DNA of 48,601 nt from Eubacteriales bacterium (GCA_045657125.1 JAZOSM010000009.1:1-48601), one strand, 5' to 3'. Numbered from the stretch's first letter, positions 19,039 through 30,065 are shown. Notes: generated from the letters alone by a model not told the origin. Translations and numbers: made by a program.

Positions 19039-20616
19039 ATGAAAAACAAACAATCGGAATTTCTCACGGAGGATTTTGTCCTTTTGGAAAAGGGGCGCGA
19101 ATACAACCGTCGTATTTCTCTTTACGATACGGTGAACCGAAACGAACGCTTTTACCGAGGGGACCAATGGCACGGCGTGGAGAAAGGAGACCTTCCTACT
19201 CCCGTATTCAATTTGTTTAAGCGCGTGATCAATTACTTTATTTCCACCATTATGAGCCAAAAAATGTCGATTCATTATGCGGCGGAGGGAATGGAGATTT
19301 TTCACGACAAGGACAAATGCCTGCGCGTGGAAGAAGCGTGCAAGCTTCTCAGCCGCTACGCCAATTACCGTTTGGATCGGGATAAGGTGGACGAGCTTTT
19401 GACCAGAGGTCTTTTGGACGCGGCAGTAACGGGAGATATGTTCCTGTACGTATATTGGGATCCCGGAAAAAAGACCTCCCAGGGTTTTGCGGGAGATTTT
19501 GTTACCACGCTGGTGGACAGCACCCAGGTGTTTTTCGGTGACGTGAATACCCCCGAGGTGGAGGCACAGCCGTACATCCTTCTCACGGGAAGGGAATTGG
19601 TTTCCAAGCTTCGTCAGGAAGCATTGGCTTGCGGGGCAACCCCGGAAGAAGTTTTGCGCATCGTGCCTGACGGCGATACCGAAACACAAAGCGGTGATTA
19701 CGGCAAAAAGGAACTTGAGGGTACAAAGGCAAGCTACGTGATTTGTATGTATAAAAAGGACGGCACGGTGCGTTTTCGCAAAAGCTGTCGCGGACTTGTG
19801 ATCGTGCCCGAACGCGATACGGGGCTGAATCTTTACCCCATTGTTCTGATGAACTGGGAGAGGGTGAAAAATTCCTATCACGGACAGGCAGCTGCCACAA
19901 GCCTTGTGGACAATCAGCTTTACATCAACAAAGCCTTTGCCATGGTAATGAAGCACATGATGGACGTGTCCTTCTCCAAGGTGATTTACAATGCAAATCT
20001 GATTGACGAATGGACGGGCGAGATCGGGGAAGCCATTGCGGTGAACGGCCCTGTGGAAAATGCGGCAGACCGATTGGATCCGGGCAGTATGCAGGCAGGA
20101 TTTTTGGACGTGATTCAGATGACAATGGGAATTACCAAGGAGCTGATGGGCGCTACCGATGCGGCACTCGGAAACGTTGCTCCCGACAATACCAGCGCCA
20201 TCATTGCCCTGCAGCAAAGCTCCGCCGTACCCTTGGAACTGCAGAGAAAGGCGCTTTATACGGCGCTGGAGCGTTTGGGTATGATCTGGCTTGACTTTAT
20301 TCTGGAATTTTACGATTCGGACCGTATTATGCTTTTCCGCGAGAAGGGAGAGCTTCTCGGAGGAACCATTTTGCCCGACGAAATGAAAAACATTTTGTTC
20401 TCATGCACTACGCAGGCAGGTGCTTCCAGCCATTGGAGCGAGATTGCACAGATCACCACGCTGGACCATCTGCTGAACGCGGGAAAAATTCGCTTTTCTC
20501 AATATCTTGAGCGAATTCCCGACGGCTATATTCCCCAGCGCGAGGAGCTTCTTGAGGAAGCCAAAAAAGAGGAACGCGCACAGGAAGCCCAAATGGATTT
20601 TCCGGCGAACGCCTGA
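19039..20616 (+). CDS. Phage portal protein (putative)
   Basis: 525 aa with an AAGGAGG RBS. Sits first in a portal-scaffold-capsid gene order. N-terminal NERFYRGDQW-type motif and an acidic C-terminus, as in portal proteins. Not verified by HMM. Confidence 0.6.
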   Translation: MKNKQSEFLTEDFVLLEKGREYNRRISLYDTVNRNERFYRGDQWHGVEKGDLPTPVFNLFKRVINYFISTIMSQKMSIHYAAEGMEIFHDKDKCLRVEEACKLLSRYANYRLDRDKVDELLTRGLLDAAVTGDMFLYVYWDPGKKTSQGFAGDFVTTLVDSTQVFFGDVNTPEVEAQPYILLTGRELVSKLRQEALACGATPEEVLRIVPDGDTETQSGDYGKKELEGTKASYVICMYKKDGTVRFRKSCRGLVIVPERDTGLNLYPIVLMNWERVKNSYHGQAAATSLVDNQLYINKAFAMVMKHMMDVSFSKVIYNANLIDEWTGEIGEAIAVNGPVENAADRLDPGSMQAGFLDVIQMTMGITKELMGATDAALGNVAPDNTSAIIALQQSSAVPLELQRKALYTALERLGMIWLDFILEFYDSDRIMLFREKGELLGGTILPDEMKNILFSCTTQAGASSHWSEIAQITTLDHLLNAGKIRFSQYLERIPDGYIPQREELLEEAKKEERAQEAQMDFPANA

Positions 20617-20647
20617 AAATAAATATTAAATAAAAAGGAGGAAAAAC

Positions 20648-21061
20648 ATGAAAAAGAAGAAAGAAAAGGAAGTTTCCGAAGAAATGCTTCCTGCCGAAGC
20701 TTTGTTTTCCGAAGAAAGCGAAGCGCAGTCTCCCGGTGACAAGATGGAGGAGGATATCGAACTGTTCCGACAGCTCTTTCCCGAGGTAAAGGGAGAGGAT
20801 ATCCCTCAGGAGGTATGGGATCGCGTGGAGCAGGGAGAAAGTCTCGCGGCAAGCTACGCGCTTTTCGCGGTAAAAAAATACCGCGAAGAAGAACGCTTCA
20901 AGAGCATCAACGAAGCCAACGGCAAAAAGGCACCGCCTCCCATTGATGGGACAGGAAGCGAGGAGGATTACTTTTCCCCTGAAGCGGTGAAGAATATGAG
21001 CCGCAGCGAAATTCGCAAAAACTACAACAAAATTTTGTCTTCCATGGAAAAATGGAACTAA
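20648..21061 (+). CDS. Phage scaffolding-like protein (putative)
   Basis: 137 aa, highly charged and helical. Located between the portal and capsid genes. Confidence 0.45.
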   Translation: MKKKKEKEVSEEMLPAEALFSEESEAQSPGDKMEEDIELFRQLFPEVKGEDIPQEVWDRVEQGESLAASYALFAVKKYREEERFKSINEANGKKAPPPIDGTGSEEDYFSPEAVKNMSRSEIRKNYNKILSSMEKWN

Positions 21062-21078
21062 AGAAAGGATGAACGATT

Positions 21079-21915
21079 ATGGCAATTCAGAATTTTATTC
21101 CCACACTTTGGAGTGAAACACTTTACACGGAACTGGAAAAGGACTACGTGGGAGTCCGACTTTGTTCCCGTGACTTTGAGGGCGAGATCCGCGGCGAGGG
21201 CGATCGCGTAAAAATTTGCGGTGTCGGCCCCGTGACGGTTTTTGATTACCACAAAAACCAGGATATGCCTGCGGCAGAGGTGCTTTCCGATACGGAGAGA
21301 ACCTTGGTGATTGATCAGGCAAAGGGATTCAATTTCTTTTTGGATTCCATCGACCTTGCCCAGTCCAAAAATGGCTTGATGCAGGCGGCAATGAAAGAGG
21401 CGTCCGGGGCACTTTCCGACGTGGCGGATCGTTTTATTTACTCTTTGACCGATGAAAACGTGGCGGAGCTTGAGAATTCTTCTGCTACCAGTACCAACAT
21501 TATCAGCACCATTGCCGAGGCGAGAAAGATTTTGATGGAGAACAACGTTCCCAACTCTGCCAAGGTATCTCTGGAGGTTCCCCCTGCCATTGAGCAGAAA
21601 TTGGTTCTTGCCAAGGTGCTTCGTTCTACCGATAACGTAGAGGCGCTGGGCAGAGGTTACATCGGCTCTTTTATGGGCTTTGATATTTACGTGACCAACA
21701 ACATTACCCCCGATGCAGAGGGCTCTTACCGCTGTATCGCAAGAACCGGCAGAGCCATCGCATTTGCCGAGCAGGTATCTGCGGTGAAGGCTTACGAGCC
21801 CGAGCTGAGACACGGTGATGCGGTGAAGGGACTTCATTTGTACGGCGCAAAGATCGTTTACCCCAAGGAAATGGTGTTTTTGCACCTGACTCCCGGGGAC
21901 GAAGAAATGATCTGA
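21079..21915 (+). CDS. Phage major capsid protein (P22-coat-like / HK97-fold family, putative)
   Basis: N-terminus MAIQNFIPTLWSETLYTELEKDYVGVRLCSRDFEGEIRGEGDRVKI matches the recurrent capsid pattern (F)IPxxWS...DYEGEI..GD.V.I. 278 aa. Confidence 0.7.
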   Translation: MAIQNFIPTLWSETLYTELEKDYVGVRLCSRDFEGEIRGEGDRVKICGVGPVTVFDYHKNQDMPAAEVLSDTERTLVIDQAKGFNFFLDSIDLAQSKNGLMQAAMKEASGALSDVADRFIYSLTDENVAELENSSATSTNIISTIAEARKILMENNVPNSAKVSLEVPPAIEQKLVLAKVLRSTDNVEALGRGYIGSFMGFDIYVTNNITPDAEGSYRCIARTGRAIAFAEQVSAVKAYEPELRHGDAVKGLHLYGAKIVYPKEMVFLHLTPGDEEMI

Positions 21916-21946
21916 GCAATTTTGCATCAGGAAAGGGGGGCAGACC

Positions 21947-22330
21947 ATGAAACGTGCAGACGAGGTATTTCGTAAAAGTCTTGCTTTGATCGGCGAAACT
22001 CCCGGGGAGGAAAACGCGGCGATGCGCGAGAGGGCGGTTGCCATCATCAACGTGCTTTTGTCACAGCTTTTCGAATTGGAATATGATCTGCGGGGCGAGA
22101 TTCGCCCTGCAGGAAAGGTGATTCCGCAGATTCTGACTCTGGATGAAATCATTCCCTTTGCAGAGCCGATCATTTATACGGTGATCCCTCTGGGACTGGC
22201 GGGCTTTTTGCTGATGGAAGAAGAACCTGACCGTGGGCGATTTTTCCTGCAGTTGTATCACACCGAGGTGGAAATTTTGCGCGGAAGGGGTCGCCGCGGA
22301 ACCCGCCACAAAATCAGAAGGGGTGTATAA
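21947..22330 (+). CDS. Small virion protein, possible head-tail adaptor
   Basis: 127 aa directly after the capsid gene, with an Arg-rich C-terminus. Call is from position only. Confidence 0.35.
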   Translation: MKRADEVFRKSLALIGETPGEENAAMRERAVAIINVLLSQLFELEYDLRGEIRPAGKVIPQILTLDEIIPFAEPIIYTVIPLGLAGFLLMEEEPDRGRFFLQLYHTEVEILRGRGRRGTRHKIRRGV

Positions 22331-22332
22331 GC

Positions 22333-24036
22333 ATGGCGCAGGAGTTTACTTTCAATCTGGATACGTTTACGGGAGTGCGTTTTTCTGCAGACAATACGGC
22401 GGATCTTTCCCCGAGCGATGGCTCCGAAATGATCAATTTCCGTATTACGCAGGCAAACAAACTGAAACGCAGAGACGGTTTTTACCGCGTGTTTGCGGCT
22501 CCCGCGGCAACAAGAGGAATCTTTTGCGGTTTGGTGCAGGGGTCTTTAAAATATTTTGCCGTTTGCGGGGAAAGGCTGTACGTTTCTTCGGAGGGGTTCG
22601 ACCGTCTGGAGCCTGTGGAGACGGCAGTGCCGGGCAGCGAAAAGGTTTTCTTTTTTCCCTTTCATTCGGAGCTTTTTCTGTTGACGGGGGAGGAAATCTA
22701 CCGCTACGACGGTACGACGCTGAAGGCAATCGAGCCGTACATTCCCTTGATTATGATTTGTACGACGCCCGACGGAGCAGGAGTCGTGTACGAAGACGTG
22801 AATTTGCTGACGAAAAAAGTGCGTCAGAGATTCTCTCCCGACGGGCACAGCGTGGCTTTTCCCGCAGCCGTAGAGAATATTTACGGAATTGATTGGGTGA
22901 AGATCAACAACGTTTTGCAGGAGGAGGATACGTACTGGTTCGATTATGACACCAGATCCTTTGAGTTTGTCGGTGCTCCCTTGGGGGGTGTCGATGCCAT
23001 CGAGATCCAGTATCAGCTTCTGGGCGAGGACGTGTCGGACCGAATCAGAAAGTGCCGTTTCGCATCTGCGTTCGGCGGCGCCAATGATACCAGAGCCTTT
23101 CTGTACGGCAATCCCGAAACACCCGCCGTGCTTTACCGTAGCGGAATCGTAGACGGAAAGCCCTCCTTTTCCTACTTTCCCGAAACCGCTTTTTCCCTGG
23201 TGGGAACGGGAGAACCCATTACTGCGGTTTGCCGTCACTATGACCGTCAGTTGATTTTTACCACTGACGCCGCCTATTATTCCTATCTGGAATATATGGA
23301 GGGGATGGAGCAGAGACTGGTAACGGGTTTTCCCGTCCTGCCGCTGAACGGAGAACGGGGGTGTATTGCACCGGGGCAGGCGCTTCTGGTGGAAAATACT
23401 CCCATAACCCTTGCCGAGGGCGGTCTTTTTCAATGGATTTCAACCAATATACGGGACGAACGAAACGCAAACTGCATATCCGAGCCCATCGATCAAGCCT
23501 TGCAGAGAGAAAATCTGTCACAGGGGATTCTCTACAACCGCAAGGAAACTTCGGAATTGTATTTGTGCGTGGGTGAAAGCTGTTACGTGTATAACTATCG
23601 GTTGAAGCTGTTTTATCGGTATCAGACGCCGCGGATTCAGGGATTTTGCCATGAAGACAGGCTGTATTTCTACACGGCGGAGGGCATTTTTGCCGTGGGT
23701 GGGAATACGGATGACGGAGAGGCGATTTCGGCATTGTGGAAATCCAAGCTTTTGAATTTTTCGCAAAAAGGGAAGAAGAAAAAACTGTTTACCGCTACGT
23801 TGATCGCCTGCGGCGGTGCGGGCGGAGAACTGGCAATTTCTTTTCGGGGTGAAAACGATACGGAAAAGATTACGAAGCGGGTACGCTTTTCCGGGAAGCC
23901 CGAGGGAGAGCGCTTCTTTCTTCGCACGTACAAACGACGGTTCGACGCGGTGGAACTATCCTTTGAAACAGACAGTGAAGAAGAAATACGGATTTTATCC
24001 ATTTCTTTAAAGGGAAGAATTACGGATGCAGAATAG
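22333..24036 (+). CDS. Phage structural protein of unknown role (possible tail hub/nozzle, beta-rich)
   Basis: 567 aa starting 3 nt after the upstream stop. Its position parallels the adaptor/nozzle pair of T7-like podoviruses. No recognisable motif. Confidence 0.3.
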   Translation: MAQEFTFNLDTFTGVRFSADNTADLSPSDGSEMINFRITQANKLKRRDGFYRVFAAPAATRGIFCGLVQGSLKYFAVCGERLYVSSEGFDRLEPVETAVPGSEKVFFFPFHSELFLLTGEEIYRYDGTTLKAIEPYIPLIMICTTPDGAGVVYEDVNLLTKKVRQRFSPDGHSVAFPAAVENIYGIDWVKINNVLQEEDTYWFDYDTRSFEFVGAPLGGVDAIEIQYQLLGEDVSDRIRKCRFASAFGGANDTRAFLYGNPETPAVLYRSGIVDGKPSFSYFPETAFSLVGTGEPITAVCRHYDRQLIFTTDAAYYSYLEYMEGMEQRLVTGFPVLPLNGERGCIAPGQALLVENTPITLAEGGLFQWISTNIRDERNANCISEPIDQALQRENLSQGILYNRKETSELYLCVGESCYVYNYRLKLFYRYQTPRIQGFCHEDRLYFYTAEGIFAVGGNTDDGEAISALWKSKLLNFSQKGKKKKLFTATLIACGGAGGELAISFRGENDTEKITKRVRFSGKPEGERFFLRTYKRRFDAVELSFETDSEEEIRILSISLKGRITDAE

Positions 24037-24051
24037 GAAGGAGGAAAATGT

Positions 24052-25476
<1,425 letters not shown>

Positions 25477-25490
<14 letters not shown>

Positions 25491-25614
25491 CAAAAACATT
25501 TTAACATTCATATAGAAAAAAAGCAAGGATTTCCATGAAAAACAACAAATATTATACATAATTACCAAGTATTAATTTCATATTTCAAAGAAAGAAACGA
25601 TTGTCAAAAGGTTT
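25477..25614. promoter_or_regulatory. Putative invertible DNA segment (inverton) between the two crossover cores
   Basis: A 134-bp AT-rich segment bounded by inverted hix-like sites. It lies next to a serine recombinase and ~100 nt upstream of the ATG at 25718. It contains a perfect TATAAT on the minus strand (25556 to 25551). Confidence 0.6.
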
Positions 25615-25626
25615 ACTTTTTGATAA
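25601..25626. repeat. hix-like 26-bp recombination site, right (inverted relative to the left site)
   Basis: TTGTCAAAAGGT-TT-ACTTTTTGATAA. Positions 25602-25623 are the exact reverse complement of 25468-25489 (22/22). Confidence 0.8.
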
Positions 25627-25717
25627 ATATCCTCCGTTTTTCGAACATTTTATATTTGCTTTGAGCGCGAATTGAAAATATTCGGAGGAAACGGTTGATT
25701 AAAAAAGGAGAAGTATT

Positions 25718-28700
25718 ATGAAAAAGAAAATTTTATCTTTGATTCTGGCGATAGTAATGGTACTGCCTTTGTGTCCCGTGTTTGAGGTGCCTTTATTGGG
25801 CACGTCCGCTTTTGCGGCGGGATCCGACGCGGCGATTTCTTACGTTAGAGATCCTACCAAAGCAAAAGGAAGTGATTATACATCTAATACGAAGTTAGCC
25901 CAAGTATTGAATGAAGTATTTGCTGGAGATGTTGATGCTTTTTCGGATAGCAAGTGTACGAATGAAATTAAAATGCCTATTGGTGGCAAATTTAGTACAA
26001 CCGCAGGTGACCCTATTCAAAAGGACGTCTCCTATTACATAAAAAGCAAAACAACTGGCACAGTTATTTCAGGCAAACAATGTTATATATACGCTAACGC
26101 GGTATATAACAAATTGTATCACGAGTGGGTTGGCAATGGTGCTTCACTTTCGCATTCCTACAAGGTGTTTTCTGGCGGGGGACAAACTCTAAGCTATGAA
26201 ATGTTTCGGGATGCACAAGTAAAAACAGGAGCAATGCTTCGAACTACGAATGATAAAAATGGAAAATATAGTGGTAATAATGGACATAATATAATAGTTT
26301 TGTCATATGACACAGAAAAAATATCTTATCTAGAGGGCAATGCAGAACAAAGCCGTTATATCCAAATAACGACACAAAGTTGGGATAATTTTAACTACGA
26401 TAAGTTTAAAGATACGAATGACGGAGACCGTTATATTAGCTTTCTAATCCAGCCTATTGACGATAAATATTATGAATTATATTCCTCCTGTACTCACCCT
26501 AGCTACGACGATAAAGGTATTTGTACTAATGCTGAGTGCAAGTATCAATTCCCATATGATAACAAAAGAGACACCTCATTTGCCGGAACCTATAAGGTGA
26601 AGTCAGGTGCAACAGCCTATATCCGTACAGGGCCTTATCAAGGGTGTACAGAGGTTACACGTGTTACAAGTGGTACTTTTTCTGTAGATGCAAGAGTATA
26701 CAACTGCAAAGGCAACTATTGGTATGAGTTGTTGTATAATGGGAAGATTTGCTACATTGTTTCCGGCAATCTTGAACCTACGGGACATATCCATAATTAT
26801 AGTGCGGCTACCTGCACGTCTCCAAAAAAATGTACGATATGCGGAGCTACCACAGGCAGTGCTTTGGGACATACCTACGACAATGCTTGCGATGCTACTT
26901 GTAATCGTTGCGGAGCAACCCGCACGCCTGCTGCTCACGTTTATACCAACGCTTGTGATGAATATTGCAACGTTTGCTTTGCACTTCGTTCAGTGCCAGG
27001 CCATTCCTACGACAATAACTGCGACACCACGTGTAACATTTGTGGACATACCCGAACTCCCTCAGCCCACGTTTACACCAATGCTTGCGATGAATATTGC
27101 AACGTTTGTTTTGCGCTTCGTTCCGTTCCAGGACATTCCTACGACAATAACTGCGACACCACGTGTAATATCTGCGGACATACCCGAACGATCACCCACT
27201 CCTATACGACCGTTGGCTATGACGATACCCATCCACACAAGGAATACAAAAAATGTTCCTGTGGTGCGATCCAATACACCGGTGCAGAGCGAAATGCGTG
27301 GGACGAAGCATTGCATTACGATGAAGCCCATCCGCACTATGTTTACCAGCTTTGCATCCCTTGCGGATGGAAAGAATACAACGGAAGAATCGAGACGGCG
27401 ACGGTAAGCACTTGTGTGGATTGTAATCCGGTAGGTGCAGCCACAATTTCCCTTTCTGCTACAAAGGTTGCAGTTGGCGAAAAAGTTACGGTGTCTTGGT
27501 CTGCTGTCAGCAATGCCAAGGAATATAACGTAAAGTATTACGATAGCAACAATGAATACCATTTGATCTGTACTACGACAGAGCTCTCGGCGGAGATTTC
27601 TTTTGATACGGTAGGAACGTACACGATCTACGTGGACAGCGTCGGAAAAAATGGAGATTACAAAAAAAGCAACGAGATTTCCTTGACGGTATCTAAGCTT
27701 TACGTGGTTACATATGATCTGAATGGCGGTACGGGAGATTTTCCTTCTACTACCTCCGAAAGCAGTACCATTCAACTTACAAATCGCATTCCTGAAAAAG
27801 AAGGATTTCGTTTCGTCGGTTGGTCTTTTGAACCGAATGATGCCTCCATTATGACCGTTGGTAGTACTTACTATCTGGTTGCAGGACAAAGCACAAGTTA
27901 CACGGTAATTGCTCAATGGGAATGCTCACCACATACCTACGACAACGCTTGTGACACAGATTGTAACGTTTGTGGAGAAACGCGTAACGTAACACACACC
28001 TTTAGCAATGCTTGTGATGCCGACTGTAACGTTTGCGGTGAGACTCGTACCCCTGCTGCTCACGTATACGACGATGAAAATGACAAAACCTGCAACGTTT
28101 GCGGTGCTTTTTCCGGATTATCCGGCATCACGGGTGAATGCACTTGGACTTTAGAAGGTACCAAACTCACCATCTCCGGCAACGGTGCGATGGGTGATTA
28201 TAATAATTCCTCAACTCCATGGGGAACCTCTGTTGAAAAAGTAATTATTGAAAACGGTGTTACCTCCATCGGAAATGACACTTTTAAAAACTGTGGTAGA
28301 ATTACCGGTATTATCATCCCCGATAGCGTGAAGTCGATTGGTGATCGAGCGTTTTGGAATTGTAAAGCTCTGAAAAACATATCCTTTGGAGGCGGCATCA
28401 CGAATATAGGTGATTATACTTTCGGCTACTGCTCTGCATTATCTGAATTCATAATTCCCGGTAGCGTTACGACAATCGGTCGAGGTGTCTTTGAATACTG
28501 CAATAATTTGAAAAGTGTAACCCTCGGAAAGAGCGTCACCTCCATCGGTTCTTCTGCCTTTCCCGGCTGTACCGAACTGGGCTCTATTACTGTGTCAGAA
28601 GAAAATAAAACGTTTCATTCTGCAGGAAACTGCGTAATTGAAACCTCAAGCAAAACACTGATCGCAGGCTGCAAAGCTTCCGTAATTCCCTCTGACGGTA

Positions 28701-30028
28701 GCGTCACTTCCATCGGCGAGAGGGCCTTTTCCTTCTGCACCGCGCTGACCAAGGTCACCATTCCGGATAGCGTCACCTCCATCGGCGATTATGCCTTTTG
28801 GTGTTGCACAAGCCTTACCTCCGTCACCATCCCAGATAGCGTCACCTCCATCGGCGATTATGCCTTCGATGGTTGCGCCGCCTTGACCGACGTGTGGTAT
28901 GAAGGAAGCGAAGCTGATCGCGGTGCCATCTCCATTGACTCGAATAACAAAGCTCTTACCAACGCCACTTGGCATTACAATTCCTGTATCAAAAATGCTC
29001 CATCGTATGTTCACTCCTACGACAACGGTTGTGATGCCGACTGTAACGTTTGCGGCGCAACAAGAACGGTAGGAGCCCACGTTTACGACAACGGTTGTGA
29101 TGCTACTTGTAATACTTGCGGTGCGACTCGTACAACGACCCATACCTATGACAACGACTGCGACAAGACTTGTAACGTATGCGGAGCTACGAGAACGGTA
29201 GGAGCCCACGTTTACGACAATGCTTGCGACAGCACCTGTAACGAATGCGGTGCGACTCGTACAACGACCCATACTTACGACAACGACTGTGACAAGACTT
29301 GTAACGTATGCAGCGCGGTTCGTTCTGTGTCGGGACATATCTACGACAATGAAGATGATAATATCTGCAACGTATGCGGAGCAGAACGTACAATTTCGCA
29401 CGAATTAAAAATTTCCTTCTCCAAGAGTACAGTTGACCACGGCGAAACCTTTACCGTTTCCGTTTCCTTATCAAAACCCGTTATTTCCAAAGGCTTTGCT
29501 TTGGACTATGCAGAAATTTTTGATCAGGATGCCTTTGAGTTTGTCAGCGGTACTTGGTCTGATGCTGTTAAGAGTCAGTCTTTGATGGCGCCTGCAAACA
29601 ACGGTCAGGCTGCCTTTGTAGCGCAAAACGAATTTGAAATTTCCGGTGAAATTTTCACCCTTACCCTTCGTGTAAAAGATATGGCAAAATGCGGCGTGCA
29701 AAAGATCGAAGCCCCTGCGATCACACAGATTCAAGGTGTCACCCGCGTCGGCGGTGAGATTACGGTTAACCACATCTTCGACGATGCAAAGGATCTGGTC
29801 TGCAACGTTTGCGGCTTTGAAAGACCTGCTTATATCCCCGGTGACGTGGACGGGAACGAAGATCTGAATATGGATGATGCCATCCACCTCCTGTTCCATG
29901 TGAATTTCCCGGAATCCTACCCTGTAAATCAATCCATTGATTTCGACGGTAACGGTAAGGTGGATATGGACGATGCGATTTATCTTTTGTTCTACGTGAA
30001 CTTCCCCGAATCCTACCCCCTGCACTAA
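25718..30028 (+). CDS. Giant secreted multidomain protein: CHAP-like amidase, SH3b, Cys-rich 22-aa repeats, Ig/Fn3-like, Listeria-Bacteroides repeat, BspA-type LRR, cohesin-like module, C-terminal double dockerin-like module
   Basis: Signal peptide MKKKILSLILAIVMVLPLCPV...AFA. CHAP-like GKQCYIYANAVY (Cys codon 26081) and GHNIIVLSYD...EGN (His codon 26285). SH3b ~26580-26790. YVVTYDLNGGTG...GFRFVGW...VIAQW (27695-27920). LRR units GVTSIGNDTFKNC / SVKSIGDRAFWNC / ... (28125-28900). Cohesin-like 29401-29772. Dockerin-like GDVDGNEDLNMDDAIHLLFHVNFPESYP...DFDGNGKVDMDDAIYLLFYVNFPESYPLH (29840-30025). Confidence 0.85.
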   Translation: MKKKILSLILAIVMVLPLCPVFEVPLLGTSAFAAGSDAAISYVRDPTKAKGSDYTSNTKLAQVLNEVFAGDVDAFSDSKCTNEIKMPIGGKFSTTAGDPIQKDVSYYIKSKTTGTVISGKQCYIYANAVYNKLYHEWVGNGASLSHSYKVFSGGGQTLSYEMFRDAQVKTGAMLRTTNDKNGKYSGNNGHNIIVLSYDTEKISYLEGNAEQSRYIQITTQSWDNFNYDKFKDTNDGDRYISFLIQPIDDKYYELYSSCTHPSYDDKGICTNAECKYQFPYDNKRDTSFAGTYKVKSGATAYIRTGPYQGCTEVTRVTSGTFSVDARVYNCKGNYWYELLYNGKICYIVSGNLEPTGHIHNYSAATCTSPKKCTICGATTGSALGHTYDNACDATCNRCGATRTPAAHVYTNACDEYCNVCFALRSVPGHSYDNNCDTTCNICGHTRTPSAHVYTNACDEYCNVCFALRSVPGHSYDNNCDTTCNICGHTRTITHSYTTVGYDDTHPHKEYKKCSCGAIQYTGAERNAWDEALHYDEAHPHYVYQLCIPCGWKEYNGRIETATVSTCVDCNPVGAATISLSATKVAVGEKVTVSWSAVSNAKEYNVKYYDSNNEYHLICTTTELSAEISFDTVGTYTIYVDSVGKNGDYKKSNEISLTVSKLYVVTYDLNGGTGDFPSTTSESSTIQLTNRIPEKEGFRFVGWSFEPNDASIMTVGSTYYLVAGQSTSYTVIAQWECSPHTYDNACDTDCNVCGETRNVTHTFSNACDADCNVCGETRTPAAHVYDDENDKTCNVCGAFSGLSGITGECTWTLEGTKLTISGNGAMGDYNNSSTPWGTSVEKVIIENGVTSIGNDTFKNCGRITGIIIPDSVKSIGDRAFWNCKALKNISFGGGITNIGDYTFGYCSALSEFIIPGSVTTIGRGVFEYCNNLKSVTLGKSVTSIGSSAFPGCTELGSITVSEENKTFHSAGNCVIETSSKTLIAGCKASVIPSDGSVTSIGERAFSFCTALTKVTIPDSVTSIGDYAFWCCTSLTSVTIPDSVTSIGDYAFDGCAALTDVWYEGSEADRGAISIDSNNKALTNATWHYNSCIKNAPSYVHSYDNGCDADCNVCGATRTVGAHVYDNGCDATCNTCGATRTTTHTYDNDCDKTCNVCGATRTVGAHVYDNACDSTCNECGATRTTTHTYDNDCDKTCNVCSAVRSVSGHIYDNEDDNICNVCGAERTISHELKISFSKSTVDHGETFTVSVSLSKPVISKGFALDYAEIFDQDAFEFVSGTWSDAVKSQSLMAPANNGQAAFVAQNEFEISGEIFTLTLRVKDMAKCGVQKIEAPAITQIQGVTRVGGEITVNHIFDDAKDLVCNVCGFERPAYIPGDVDGNEDLNMDDAIHLLFHVNFPESYPVNQSIDFDGNGKVDMDDAIYLLFYVNFPESYPLH
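26936..27199 (+). repeat. In-frame tandem duplication, 2 x 132 bp (44-aa unit = two Cys-rich repeats)
   Basis: HVYTNACDEYCNVCFALRSVPGHSYDNNCDTTCNICGHTRT occurs twice, with units starting at 26936 and 27068. About 90% nucleotide identity by eye. Confidence 0.85.
29012..29398 (+). repeat. In-frame tandem array, 3 x 129 bp (43-aa unit = two Cys-rich repeats), third unit diverged
   Basis: Units start at the His codons 29012, 29141 and 29270 (HSYDNGCD..., HTYDNDCDKTCNVCGATRTVGAHVYDNACD..., HTYDNDCDKTCNVCSAVRS...). Confidence 0.8.
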
Positions 30029-30065
30029 AAAATAAAGCCCGAAAGGAGCAGTTTTCTGCTCCTTT
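29968..30065 (+). repeat. 98-bp perfect direct repeat, copy 1 (last 19 codons, stop and terminator hairpin)
   Basis: Identical base for base to 34623-34720 (offset 4655), checked by eye. Mismatches flank it on both sides (29967 t vs 34622 c; 30066 t vs 34721 c). Confidence 0.9.

Noticed and set aside
22233-22892. 219-aa + strand ORF overlapping the 127-aa and 567-aa phage-like genes in another frame
   Set aside because: Arg/Gly-rich out-of-frame product with no RBS, fully overlapped by two genes that have proper SD sites and tight coupling.
26870-29400. Regularly spaced short repeats that could superficially suggest a CRISPR-like or other non-coding array
   Set aside because: The repeats are in frame within a single long ORF. 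They encode a conserved His/Cys peptide unit with no repeat-spacer structure, and there are no cas genes in the window.
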